Shown one piece after another: positions 52,592-64,000 of a stretch of 64,000 bases of DNA. Made by a program: the position numbers and the translations under genes. The notes beneath the pieces are model-generated. The model did no database searches. It was given only the letters and a program-made list of their open reading frames with translations, and was not told the origin of the DNA. Positions within the stretch are counted from its first letter, which is position 1, and every line of letters begins with the position of its first letter. The DNA is from Yuukianura sp. NJ FZ-2021 (Eukaryota), in NCBI GenBank assembly GCA_046563655.1, contig CM102285.1, forward strand, positions 7,564,001-7,628,000. Reading direction: 5' to 3'.

Positions 52592-54752
52592 CTAAAGGAA
52601 AATGTGAAAAGAAATATTACAGCCCATAACCGTTATCCGCTATGAAAAATGATGGGTACCTAACATTTAGGTTAAAGTTCTAAACACTGTTACTTTAGAT
52701 TAAGGTTGTATGAGAAATGATGGCTACTCATGTTTCCGACTTACGAAAATGAAGAACAATGAAAATTGCGATTCCGGAAAACAACACTTTCATTTTGCTG
52801 CTCATTTTGAAAACAAAGTTCAGCACATTAGCGCTTTTTTTCCGCAGCCTTTTGTCAACAACACAAGTGTGCACTTCTGCAAGCTGAAAAAAGTTTTACC
52901 TAAAACTTTCACCTTTTAGTTTAAGCAAAGCCTAAAAATTAGTACATATTAATTATATTAAGGTGTGACTTTTTTTTAAATGCTAACAAACTTTTACAAA
53001 TTGTAAAAAAAAATTAAAGCGGGAGATTTTGACTATGATTGGAGTGGCGTTGAGAGTACTTCTGCTGGTTGGAAGTGAACTGGAAGTTGAAGCTTCCTGG
53101 AAGGATGTCTGATGTGACCTATACTGTGTACATTGTGGAAGCAGGCGCACAAGGTATAACATTTCTTCAGTTCGATGCAAACTCCGGACGTCTCCACATC
53201 TTACGAGATCTTTTTGCAAAGTCTACAAAGTAACTCTCACTATGCTGAGGACGTGACGGCGATGAAAAGGAAAGTCAGCTTTCACTTTCCACAAAACTCA
53301 GCCAGCTTCTGCATCACTTACTTTAGTTTGCATGTAGCCATTTGCTTTTCCAAAAAACCGGAATTACCGAATCAGAGTTCTAAATTCCTTCTCAAACTTT
53401 TAAAAAAAATTTTTTTTTAATACAAACACTTTTATTATAAGCATAAAAAAATGTTAAAAGGCGTCCGTTTGTTTTTCTTTTTTTGGAAAATGTTCTAGAT
53501 TCAAGCGCAACGTTGATTTTCACAAGTTTCAAATTCCAAAATTAAAACACTTTCTTTCCGAATGTGATTTTTGGATTTCAGAAACAAAAAACCAATTGGT
53601 GTGCCAGAATATCTGCCAGTTTTTCGGTGAAATAAACTTCTTGCAAAAAAGAAGATACAGATAAGTATCGCCAGATCAATTATAAAGAGTTCCCGCTCAA
53701 GATATTGCTGACCTTGATATCTGATGTTATTAGAAGTCACTTGAGGTCAAACAACATTCGGAATCTTAGTCCTCGCGTTGTCAACATACATCTCCGGAAA
53801 CTACTTCCGAATCGGCCCATACGTTTCCAAATTGTATAGAGAACGATGAACTTGACATTTGACCCCTTTAGAAATCACTCGAGGTCATCAAAAGTGGATC
53901 CCAGTAAACCGCTTCCAACTCGGTCCATCTGTTTCTGTGTTGTAAATGGACGATAACCTTGACCTTTATTACCGTTAGAGGTCACCTGAGGTGAACCCAA
54001 ACCGAATTTTAGTCATCTGGTGAGTAGTTACTAACTAAAGAAAACTGCATAGAAATAAGTGGAGTGGTTATCGAGTTATAAGCATTACAGTAGGACGGAC
54101 GGACGGACGGACGGACAAGACTATCTTTTATTAACCTTTTCGCGACGGGAAACCCAAAAAGGGGCTTTGGCTTGCCCGTATTCACGGACGGGGTCCACAG
54201 AACAAAAGTGCGTTTTCTGGACGGGCGACCCAGAAAAGGGCTTTCGTTCCTGTGCATCCCTGGACGGGAGTCCCATAATAGGGTTTTCCTATGTTTAAGC
54301 CTACTTATTGTTTTTCGCTTTTGTCTTACTCTTCGTTTATTATTACCATCGTGTAGCCTCATCTGTTGTGAAAATTTTTTGTTTTTACGCGGTTCCAAAA
54401 TTCCACTGTCTTCTCATTGAATATTGGAGTTGAATTTGTTTTGTGTTTTTTCTGGAGAGATTTGGATCGTTTCAGTCTCTGCCGTTTGTAATTAATCATT
54501 GATCCGAATTGTTTTTACGGGACCAAAATCAATTTTTGAGATAATTTAATAACATATAATATATATGTTATTAAGTAATAGTATATATATTATGTTATTA
54601 TATGTTAACATATAATAGTATAACACATAATATTATATGTTATTATATATTATAATAATAATAAAATGTTATTAAATTATTTACTTATTATGTAACTATT
54701 TTTATTACATAATATATGTAATATATAGTATATTATGTAATATTATATAACA

Positions 54753-57700
54753 TACAAGGTAGGGCAATGCTCAAGGGTTGAGCATTGGTCTTCTGGAGGG
54801 AGTTGGCAATTGATACGGTATTTCAGCGGCTGTCCGCAAACCCGTCGAAGAGAAACCCGTTCAAGAAAAACGTTAAGAAACCGTTTTCACGAGATTTATG
54901 CAACGAAACATCGCTCATAATTTTCAGTGCAGATGTGGGGCATTCATGTGCACAATTGCACCAAAATGTGAAAAAACCGTTTGCATAAAAATGTTGTGCA
55001 GCGTGAGCTCTGAACAGTTTTCATTCTCTTCAAAATTATTTTGAAGCACAATATTTTCACATCGAATTGTGCTCAAGTGTGCACAAGATTAGAATGCCCT
55101 TAAATCTGTTCATGTAAATCCACAAGTATTCGGATGTAATCACCATGCTAAAAGATGTATGTGCAGTTGTTCTCCAGTATGCACAAATTTTGAATTAACA
55201 ACGTCCATTACCCAGCGTCAAAATATCTGCGACAATTTTACATTCAAGTGCAATAAGCGTGCACAAAATTGAACGTTGAAGGACAGGTGTTAAATATCGT
55301 TTCTTTAAAATCAAAATCGGTTCACAATCAACATCAAAATGCACAATTCAACGTTTATGTATCTCTGGTAGTCATAAATGTGCATCATGCACAAAAATAA
55401 ACGCTGGGGTGAAGGGTCGAATATCGGTTGTTGAAATCGAAATTATAAAAATTTCTAAATGCAAATTTGACCCCTGTTATGCACTATTCACATATGACAC
55501 ATTTAAGTCGGATTTTCTACCCTCTAATCAGTCTTAAGTTAAGAACGTAATTAAACATACTGCCAGAAAATGACCAGATCAAAACTTCGTTGTTTATAAA
55601 TATTTTGAGTGCAATCGAAACCAAAACAGTTTTGCGGAGCCACGGTACTGCGGGTACGTAAAGTAGCCGCCAACTTTTACGTTGTTAATTTAACACTTTG
55701 AGTGCAATGTAGACCTACTGAAAACTCTTGAGCCATACATAACCCCCCGACTGCGATGGGGCTAATGTTTCAGTACAATGAGTCCTAAAAAACGTGACAG
55801 ACAGACGGACGGACAGACGGACAAAGTCGTATCAATAGTCTTCTTCAGCACGTCGTAGACGTGCGTCTCCAGAAGACTAAAAAGAAACCAAATTGAAGAT
55901 CGAAGGTGAGGGGTAGAATATCGTTTGTTTAAATTCAAAATCATAAAAAATTTTTAGACTAAAATTTCTTAGACACGTCGCTATAAAACAACTTACTAAA
56001 CAACATGCACATAATTCATTACCAGTGTTGTCATGACAACGTCCATTACCCAGCGTCAAAATAACTGCACAATTTTACATTCATGTGCAATAAATGCGCA
56101 ACATGCACAAAACTGAACGTATAGGAAAAGAGGTCGAATATCGTTTCTGAAGAATCAAAATCGGTTCAAGTAAATGCACAATTCGATGTTTATGTATTTT
56201 TCCCGACAAACACACCAGCACTGGCGCATTACCGGCTCACTCCTGGCAACTTAATGCTGGGAGAATGTTGGGCATGTCCGCTTTTTCGGCAACATAACAG
56301 TCCCTCTCCCAGTGCCGTTTCTGTAATGGTATGATATCGGTAAACCGTTGTATTGGTTTACCATTGCGTTGCCATTACGAAAACTGTGCAGGCAAATTCG
56401 CTTTTACCAGCACACCAGTATTTGCCTGCACACACCCACTACCTTCCCTATACTGGCAAAAACGACTCCCCAGCACAAAATCACGTGTCTGCGCTAATAA
56501 AAGATTTTTTTTTGAATAATCGGTTTATTGAATTTTTTGTTTTAAAACTAATAAGGACTTCATCTAGCATAAGAATACTATGAATGTTACACTTATTAAA
56601 ACGTTACATATGAATGTTACACTTATAATGTTAGATATGAGTGTAACATTATGTAAGTACTGGTGACATGCTATACTATTACGTACTTTTTGAGAACAAA
56701 AATATCGGATGAGGTTGAGTCCGGTCCAGGTTGGACGATAGGAGGTCAGGAGGCAGAAGTCAATTGTTTCCACAGTTGCTAACCCACGACTTCGGTACAA
56801 CTGAACTGGAGTTGTCAATTGTGAACAAAACAACTGTGTATTTGAACTGTGTCACTTCAATTAGTAAATGGCAGACAGACTAAAAGTAAACTGAACAGCT
56901 CAGCTGTTCTTATCCTACTATTTGAAGAGGCGGGAAACATTTTCACATCGACGTGATGGTCCAACACTGGAAATGTACCGGCACGCCAGGAGAAAAATAC
57001 CTAAGACAACTCATGATGGTTTGGTACTGGGCGAATGCTGTCACCCAGTAAAGTTGGTATTGCATCTCCCCGCGGTACAATGCCAGCGCATATTGTCCTA
57101 CAGCGTGCCTTAGTTGCTGGCACTAAACTCCTGTAACGTATTATTGTACCGGTACATTGCTGGGACTACGCATTGTCATAGTGGCGGACTCGGTGCCAGC
57201 AGAATACCATCATTCCCTCACCTCGCCAGCATGATGCCATCAAGCTGGTGTTTGTCGGGTTGGCAGTCATTAGTGTGCATTATCACAAAATTAAGTGCTA
57301 AGGGTGAGGCCTCGAGTATCGCTTATTTAAATTCAAAATTATAAAAAAAATTCTGGTAAATGCAAATTTGACACCTTTCATTCACTAATCACATATTAAA
57401 CATTTAAGCCGGATTTTTTACCGTCTAACTAGACTTAAATTAACAATGTAAGTAAACATACTGTCAGAAAATGACAGGGTCAAAACTACGTTGTTTGAAT
57501 ATATTTTGAGTGTAATCGAAACCAAAACGTTTTCGGAAAACGAATTTACTGCGGGTGCGTAAAGTGGCCGCCCATTTATACGTTGTTAATATGACACTTT
57601 GAGTGCAATGTAGACTTAATGAAAACACTTGAGCCACACAAAACCCCCCGACTGCGATGGGGCTTATGTTTCAGTGGAAAGGGTCCTAAAAAGTGTGACG

Positions 57701-57773
57701 GACGGACAGACGGACAAAGTCGTATCAATAGTCTTCTTCAGCACGTCGTAGACGTGCGTCTCCAGAAGACTAA
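54753..57773 (-). mobile_element. Helentron-associated (DINE-1/HINE-like) element with a partially duplicated second unit
   Basis: Sub-TIR GTCTTCTGGAG (54788) / CTCCAGAAGAC (55867 and 57760), terminal hairpin CAATGCTCAAGGGTTGAGCATTG (54765-54787), and (GACA/GACG)n microsatellite next to both 5' ends. 55200-55880 is duplicated at 56040-57773. It sits within TA-rich simple sequence. Confidence 0.75.
56202..57259. mobile_element. CACTA/EnSpm-like (CCC-ended) MITE nested in the HINE duplicate
   Basis: TIR CCCGACAAACAC(AC)CAGC / GCTGGTGTTTGTCGGG with a 2-bp TT duplication. It interrupts sequence that is contiguous at about 55360. A solo end CCCGACAAACAC also occurs at 29968. Confidence 0.78.
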
Positions 57774-59484
57774 TATAATATTATAAGCTATATAATATTG
57801 TATAACGTATAATATTATTTAATATTATATAATATATAATAATATTATATAATATATAATAATATTATATAATAAATATACTGATTGAAATGAGATATTC
57901 GATTGTTGGGCAGAGACTGTAATGAGATTTGTTGCTTAGAAAAAGAGGCCCCGGCTGGTGGAATCAGTCTATGAGTGAGTTACCCGTCTGAGATGTACGA
58001 GTATGGAAAACCCCAAAATGGGTTCCCCGTCCACCAGACGCACTCTGTTCTAATGACCCCGTCGCGAAAAGGTTAAGTATCTGACGCTGTTTAATAATAG
58101 ATGAGAATGACCACGGTGAAGCTTATTCGTCTTCGTTCATTCCTTGGCATGCTGCCATTTTCCTACGGATTCAAATTTCCACCGATTTTTTGAAATAAGC
58201 CTAAAAAACCCCTGGTGACCTTCTGACAGACTGACTGCTCAAAAGGAAAAGCCGCAGTGGCATGACATTTAATTCCTTTGGTGCCTTTTGTTACAGTTTC
58301 TTCATGTTTGATAGTACAAAACCGCTTATCTCTTGCTTTACCAAATACAACGAAAAATATTTCACAATTTTTGCATGAGTTTGTAAAACACTTCTGTTAC
58401 AATTTTCCAATAGAAGATTTATATGTCACAACATTTTTGTTTCTAAGCCTTTTTTTATTATGCAAAGTAATATCCTATTTGAACTGCCCGGCTGTTTTCG
58501 GAATGGTGTTTCTAGAGTATGGAAGCCCTTAAGCTGCCTCTTTTCTCGTCTGCTTCTGTCTGTGGTCAAATCGAGAGTTAAAGATGCACATGGTGCATTA
58601 GGGATTAAGAAAGGAGTTCAAGTCCATTTCCCAAACTGTCGGATCAAGGTTCTTCCTCTGCGTCGTGCGGTGCTTTGTCTGCTTTCTTCCAAGTTTTATG
58701 ACTTTTGGCCTCTTAGTCGACGACAGAAACCTTGTAGTGTAGCTTAGCTCCAGTATTCGTTCACCATTAATTTGCTTCCTCTGCATCCTTAAGCTGTCTT
58801 CACTCGAATATAGGATTTTACAAACTTTAACTTTGAACTAACACTTCTTGCTTCGCCATACCTAACTTACTTAGATTAAGAAGTCGATGATTCATAAGAT
58901 CAGACTAACATAGTCAGGTTACAAGTTAGAGATCGGCAGAGTTATATTATGTTCAAACGTGGAAAAAAATAAATAAAAACGGAGTACTTGGTTTTTTTAA
59001 GTCGAGTCTCTTAGAATGTTGCGTATTTTTTGGCGGGTGTTCTGTTTAACAAGTAAAAGCAATATGTCTTTTATGCCAGCGTTCTCTGTTGCGACATGGT
59101 AAGTTGGGAGGAAGGCTGGAAGCAATTTCTTTGGGTTCCAGAAGAATCCTATTAACATAAGCCTAACCCGCCCTTTCTTCTTTTTCTGGTAATACATGTA
59201 GGAACCAGCACAAGGAAAGTATCATCCAATTTTCTCCTTTGGAATTGGAATTATTAACGCCCGTCTCCCGAGGATTGACTTAGTTCTCTAGTGAATTCAA
59301 ATTTTGATTTTTTTTTGTTACAGCACATAAGTATAAAAACCAACAGTCGTTTTTCAAAATACGTTATTTCAAAAATAAGGTTTTGCGATATCCTTCTTCA
59401 ACTATTGCAAAAGCAATTATTGTTTGACACAGCATGTCGTTAGGGATCTGTTTTTTAAAACAAAAACAAAATCTCCGACTTACA

Positions 59485-59616
59485 TTTATATAAATTATAT
59501 TTATTATATTATATTATATTATATTATATTATATATATTATAATATAATATAATATATTATATATATATATATATATGTTATATTATACTTGTATTTGTT
59601 TATTATATTTATATAT
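59485..59616. repeat. (TATAT)n/(TA)n simple repeat
   Basis: Directly visible. Confidence 0.9.
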
Positions 59617-60677
59617 GAAGAATATTTTCGGATGTAAGGTGTCGGACCAAAAACGAAACTTTTTTTTATTTCCTTTTTGCAGATATTTCAAAGAAAACGT
59701 ATTCACATGTTGCATTTTGAAAGTTTATAAGTTTTTATTGTGCTAACTTTCTCCGTTTTTTCCTTCTCCGTCTGTCTGCTGAAAAGTTGGTTAGTCTTGC
59801 TCAAGTCCGATTCAATTGTCCGGATTTCCTACTCATTTTAGACTTCAAATGTAAATTCTTATTTGAAACTTTTCCTTTCCGTTCAAAGAAAAGAAGAATT
59901 GTGTTTCTTTTCTCTATTCAGGAAAGCAAGAACTTAAAAAAACTCTATAACTATTTCTACTACAGACTTTGGTTACACTATTCTTCTCTTCAAAATACGA
60001 ACACTCATTTTTAAACTTTCCTTTGTAAACTATACAATCGAATTCAATTTGTTCCTTCACTTCATTAAATTGTCATTGTTGTTGAAGTTCATTTAAAACA
60101 ATATTATATGTGATTTTAAGTCAAGCTTGAACCAGGTTAAGTGGTAAATTAAATCATCTGCTTGAATGCCAAAGATTATTTCAGTTTTTAAATTCATCGT
60201 TTCTTCCCATCTTTTGCGTAGAATTCCCAAAGGTAAAACCCGAAAAGCCTTTTTGGTTCTACTTATCCGTTTCACCTTATTACGCAAAGTAGCTGGGAGC
60301 GATGTTGTTACTAGAATCGTGCAGATTGTGAATTGCTACGTTTCCCGACAAATGCAGAGAAAAAAACACTTATTAGTCTGGTTACCTGTTTGAATAACAG
60401 ATAACTGTTCGATGGTTAACAATCATCCAGGAGTCCTTTCCAAACTTGAGAAAGTTTTAGACTTTGAACAATTTTTGAAACTAGAGGAACAAAATAAAAA
60501 TGGAAAAAGAAGGCAGGCAAAAGCCAACACGATGAAACGATTCTTAAAGAACGAACCAAGATCGGTTTTCTTTTCTATAAGACATTGGAGAACTTAAAAG
60601 ACTTTACTGTTTTTTACCTTATCTGCACTTGAACTTTCAATCTTTGCTAAAGATAAACTCTCTGGACTGATGATATA

Positions 60678-61195
60678 AATAAGTATCGTGTCATCAATTT
60701 TTGAAAATTCCCTACAAAATATTAATGGCATTGACCTCTGACCTTGTCATAGGTCATCTGAAGCCAAATAACAATCGTGGTGGTCTCCGTGTCATCAACC
60801 GTCTATCGCCTGAAACACCGTCCAAATCGGTTCATTTGTTTCCGATTGTAATAAGGACAATAAAATTGACATTTGACCATGTTAAAAGTCACTCCAGGTT
60901 AAAAAAGGACCTTATTTTTAGTCTCCGTGCCGTCAAAATTCCATCCAAAATCAAAATTCCAGCTTCCGAGTTTTTTCAATCATTCAGAATTGCATAGAAA
61001 ACGATGACCCTGGAATATGACACTTTACAGTCTGACGTCAAAAACGAAATTTTTGTCATCAGGTCAGCAGCTAACGCCGCTTATACGAAACCCGGTTGGA
61101 GGTTCGTATAGTGGCTCTCGAGTTATAATCATTAAAATGACGAAAGTACGGAAGGCCGGACGGACCAAAACCTTTTGTGTATCTGAATTAAGATA
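60678..61195. mobile_element. Helitron/HINE-like interspersed repeat, same family as 53660
   Basis: Shared terminal and internal motifs with 53660-54130, and GGACGGAC near the end. Confidence 0.5.
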
Positions 61196-62300
61196 ACTGT
61201 TTTGTTTTTGTCGTGGTAAGGTTTTTATAGTTTTCATTTTTAGCTTTAGCAGGTTATACCTAATATTTGGAAATGTTTTTTTCTGGATTGTTTCCCTTGT
61301 CCTTTATTTTTCAAAAAGGAAACCGTGTGAAGAAAGGAATTCAGACGTGTGGAGAATTGCAAATTTAAAACGTGTGTGTCAAAGTTCACGGAAGTGGAAA
61401 GCGTGGAAATGTAGAAACAGGATTTCTCCAGTTTTACCTGGGATTTTACAATTTCAACCAAGAAAGAATCAAAGGTTGATCTCTGTGTAATCTTATGGTG
61501 AGAGGATGAGAAATGACTACTGCAAAACGCTTCTTCCAAGGAAATGGAAACTACGTGGCTCTCAAGGTGGGTAAACAAGCAAATTGTTGATTGCTACTAT
61601 TCATTGCTTGTAGCAATGAATTGGTTGCTATAGCAACCTTGGTGGCTCTTATGCTAAATTTCCAACAGGAGTTTCCAAATCCAAAAGAACTTCCCACGTC
61701 GTTCTAAAAGTAAAAGTAACAATTTTGTATAAAAACGAAGAAAGCCTTCTCCAGGGTTCTCCCTTCTGTTTGATTTAATTTTGTATTCAGGGCGTTGTCG
61801 TGTTTACTCCTTTCTTCCCTCGCAAGAAGTGAAAGCGATAAGAGCAAAGTTTTAGAATTGAAAGTCAACTCAAATAAAACAATAAATTAGGACCACGGAA
61901 AGTCAACTTTACATTTCGTTATCCTGAAAAGTATAAATGAGATTCTCTTTAATTTTGAACTGTACTACTATAAATTAAATAACTATACACATTGGCATCA
62001 CATTGACATTCAGAATTGGCCAGTTGTATTTTTCCATACTATGATTTGGAAGGCCTGGAAAGTAGAATTACTTTTGCCAAAAACTGAAAAGAAACTGTCG
62101 TGTTTCGTTTACTGGCATGACTAAAGGTCAATTAAACTTTTTGATCTGCGCAATACGTAGTGCAAAGAAACAGAAACTGCCCAGGAAGATGAGCCCAATT
62201 CCGTGATTCGAAGAATTATTTACAAGTCATAATCTTGCTCCACTTTTACTTTCACTGGGAACGACCAAAAGGAAAGTGTGAATTTAATGTCAGTAATCAA

Positions 62301-62895
62301 TAGAATGGGCAACGTTTCGTGTCTGGACACGAAACGAAACTCGGGTCCCTTGTCGTTCCATGTCTGTTTCCTCATATTTTGGACAGGATAAGAAACGTTT
62401 CGTGTCGTATCGTTTCTGTGTCTATATGGAGACACGACACGGAATTAAACGAGGCACGATAAGAGTTCACATGGTAAAAGGGCAAAATTAAATCCCACAT
62501 TTTGATTCCTCAATTTTAACAAATCACTAAGTCTGTCCCAAAAAGTAAAACGGAGTTAGTTTTCGGTAATTGGTGAACCCCAAAACGCATATGAATGAAG
62601 CCAAAGAAAAATTCAGAGTGTGTTTCGTTGAAAAGCTGGCATTCAGTTAAATTATGTAAAGTTGTTACATTTTGCAACGCTGTAATGGATAAGGCACAAG
62701 GTCTCACGGGCAATTGATTTGAATCAGCATTAAATCAAAATCCGAATTTCGTGTTCTGTGTCGGTACGTTTGGTGTCTGTATCGTGTCCGTGTTCATACA
62801 AAAAAGACCGTGTCGTATTGTGTCTAAACGTCTCCGTTTCATGTCGTCTCCGCATCTTGGAAGACACGAAACGAAACGACACATTGCCCAGTCTA
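62301..62895. mobile_element. Old hAT-like MITE
   Basis: TIR TAGAATGGGCAA / TTGCCCAGTCTA with many subterminal CGTGTC/GACACG motifs. No matching TSD. Confidence 0.55.
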
Positions 62896-64000
62896 GATGA
62901 ATTCCAATAAAAATGCTTTTCTCCACGTTACAATCCTCATAAAATGTTGAAGCCAAAGAAAAATGGACCATAAAATTCTTACTGCCGCCTACTAAAGTGA
63001 AAGCGAATGTTTACTATACAAATCTTATTTACCTAAAAAATCAAAATCCAACTGCTCCAAATGGTTTGAGATCTAACTCTTATGTTTAATATGTTTAGCT
63101 CAAAAATTAGAATTCAGCTTTTGAATTCTAACAGACTGGGACAACGAGATTGAGTTAGCTATGTTAGCTTTTAAAGATTTTGGGTTATAAATTCTAAAGA
63201 TGTGATTTGAAAATAGTCATTAGGTTAGACTTTTAGATGGTGAAATAATAAAAGTTTATTTTTATATGAGGTTGACAATGCTATTCTCACAATCACTGTT
63301 ATGTTTATTACCACGTCAGCGTACGAAAAACTCACAATCCAAATCACAGTTATTTGACGCTTTAGTAAAACCCTCCACTTTCTCCGCGTTCAAATGTTCG
63401 CTCTGTTCCATTTCATTCGATTTCACAGAGTGTGTTCAAAATAAATAGTTATTGGCCAAGACGAAAACAGCAATTCTTCCAACTCAATAGTAAAAAAAAA
63501 GATTCCGTGGACTTACCAAAAAAAAACTACAAAAGATGTTTGTATTTTTTAAGACTTTTTTTTCGTTCAGCCGTTTGCAGGAAGAATCTACAAAATTGAT
63601 TTCAAACGTGTGGACCTTGTACTTTTGCTTCATTTTAAGGTTTCAAAAATGCTAGAAAAATTAGCCAACTGCTCAGTTTAAAACCGCTTCACACCCAAGT
63701 TGAGTAAGCAAGGAAAACCTTCCTAAATTTTTGTTCTTATGTTTTGTTGCAGCCTAATCTACAGCATGGTCTACTATATGTTAAATATTTGAAGGATATC
63801 GTAAAAGGGTATATTGGAGAATTTGTTTACTACAGCATTACGGTACTTTTAGTGTAATTTTTTAGAATCCATTTTTCAAGTTTTGTCTGCTTATACCTAC
63901 TGATCCAGGTAGATACAAATGGTGCGTTTTTATTTATTTCTTCCACTTTTAAAGAAAGATTGCCTTTAATATCAGTTGCTCATTTGGATTGTCGAGTATC

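Larger units (their letters stand above)
54135..58072. mobile_element. piggyBac-like non-autonomous element expanded by nested insertions
   Basis: TTAA|CCTTTTCGCGACGGG...CCCGTCGCGAAAAGG|TTAA (15-bp perfect TIR, TTAA TSD), plus imperfect subterminal inverted repeats. Confidence 0.88.
53660..58101. mobile_element. Helitron/HINE-like interspersed repeat, split near its (GGAC)n end by the piggyBac-like insertion
   Basis: 53660-54130 shares its start (ATAAGTATCG..ATCAATT), its TTGACATTTGACC motif, TCGAGTTATAA and its GGACGGAC tract with 60678-61195. After the insertion the sequence resumes GTATCTGA...AGAT, as in that copy. Confidence 0.5.

Noticed and set aside
54009..54420. Basic 129-aa ORF and overlapping ORFs
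   Set aside because: They cross a transposon junction and a (GGAC)n tract, with no transposase motifs.
58300..63560. Candidate first (signal-peptide) exons for Beat copy 2 at about 58340, 60386 and 63517
   Set aside because: Donor-like sites exist, but none gave an ATG-initiated, phase-1, hydrophobic reading frame.

Overview
Eukaryotic, AT-rich genomic DNA with spliceosomal GT-AG introns, from an arthropod. A springtail-like hexapod is my inference from gene content and the bacillopeptidase-F-type subtilisin. Genes reconstructed by hand-splicing: CTU2 (-), an activin type II receptor/punt (-), an S1 serine protease (+), an intron-containing bacterial/oomycete-type S8 subtilisin (+, probable horizontal acquisition), a single-domain secreted CBM14 chitin-binding peptide (+), and two convergent beaten-path-like Ig genes. 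The rest is dense with non-autonomous DNA transposons. These include hAT, Tc1/mariner, Tc2/pogo, piggyBac, Mutator-like foldback, CACTA-like and Helentron/HINE elements, a multi-level nested stack at 53.7-58.1 kb, a self-nested hAT MITE, and an unclassified 1.5-kb long-TIR element with internal 24-bp tandem arrays and a 6-bp target-site duplication. No rRNA, tRNA or CRISPR array was seen. I found no clearly new multi-gene system. The best candidates for novelty are the domesticated subtilisin and the unclassified long-TIR element.
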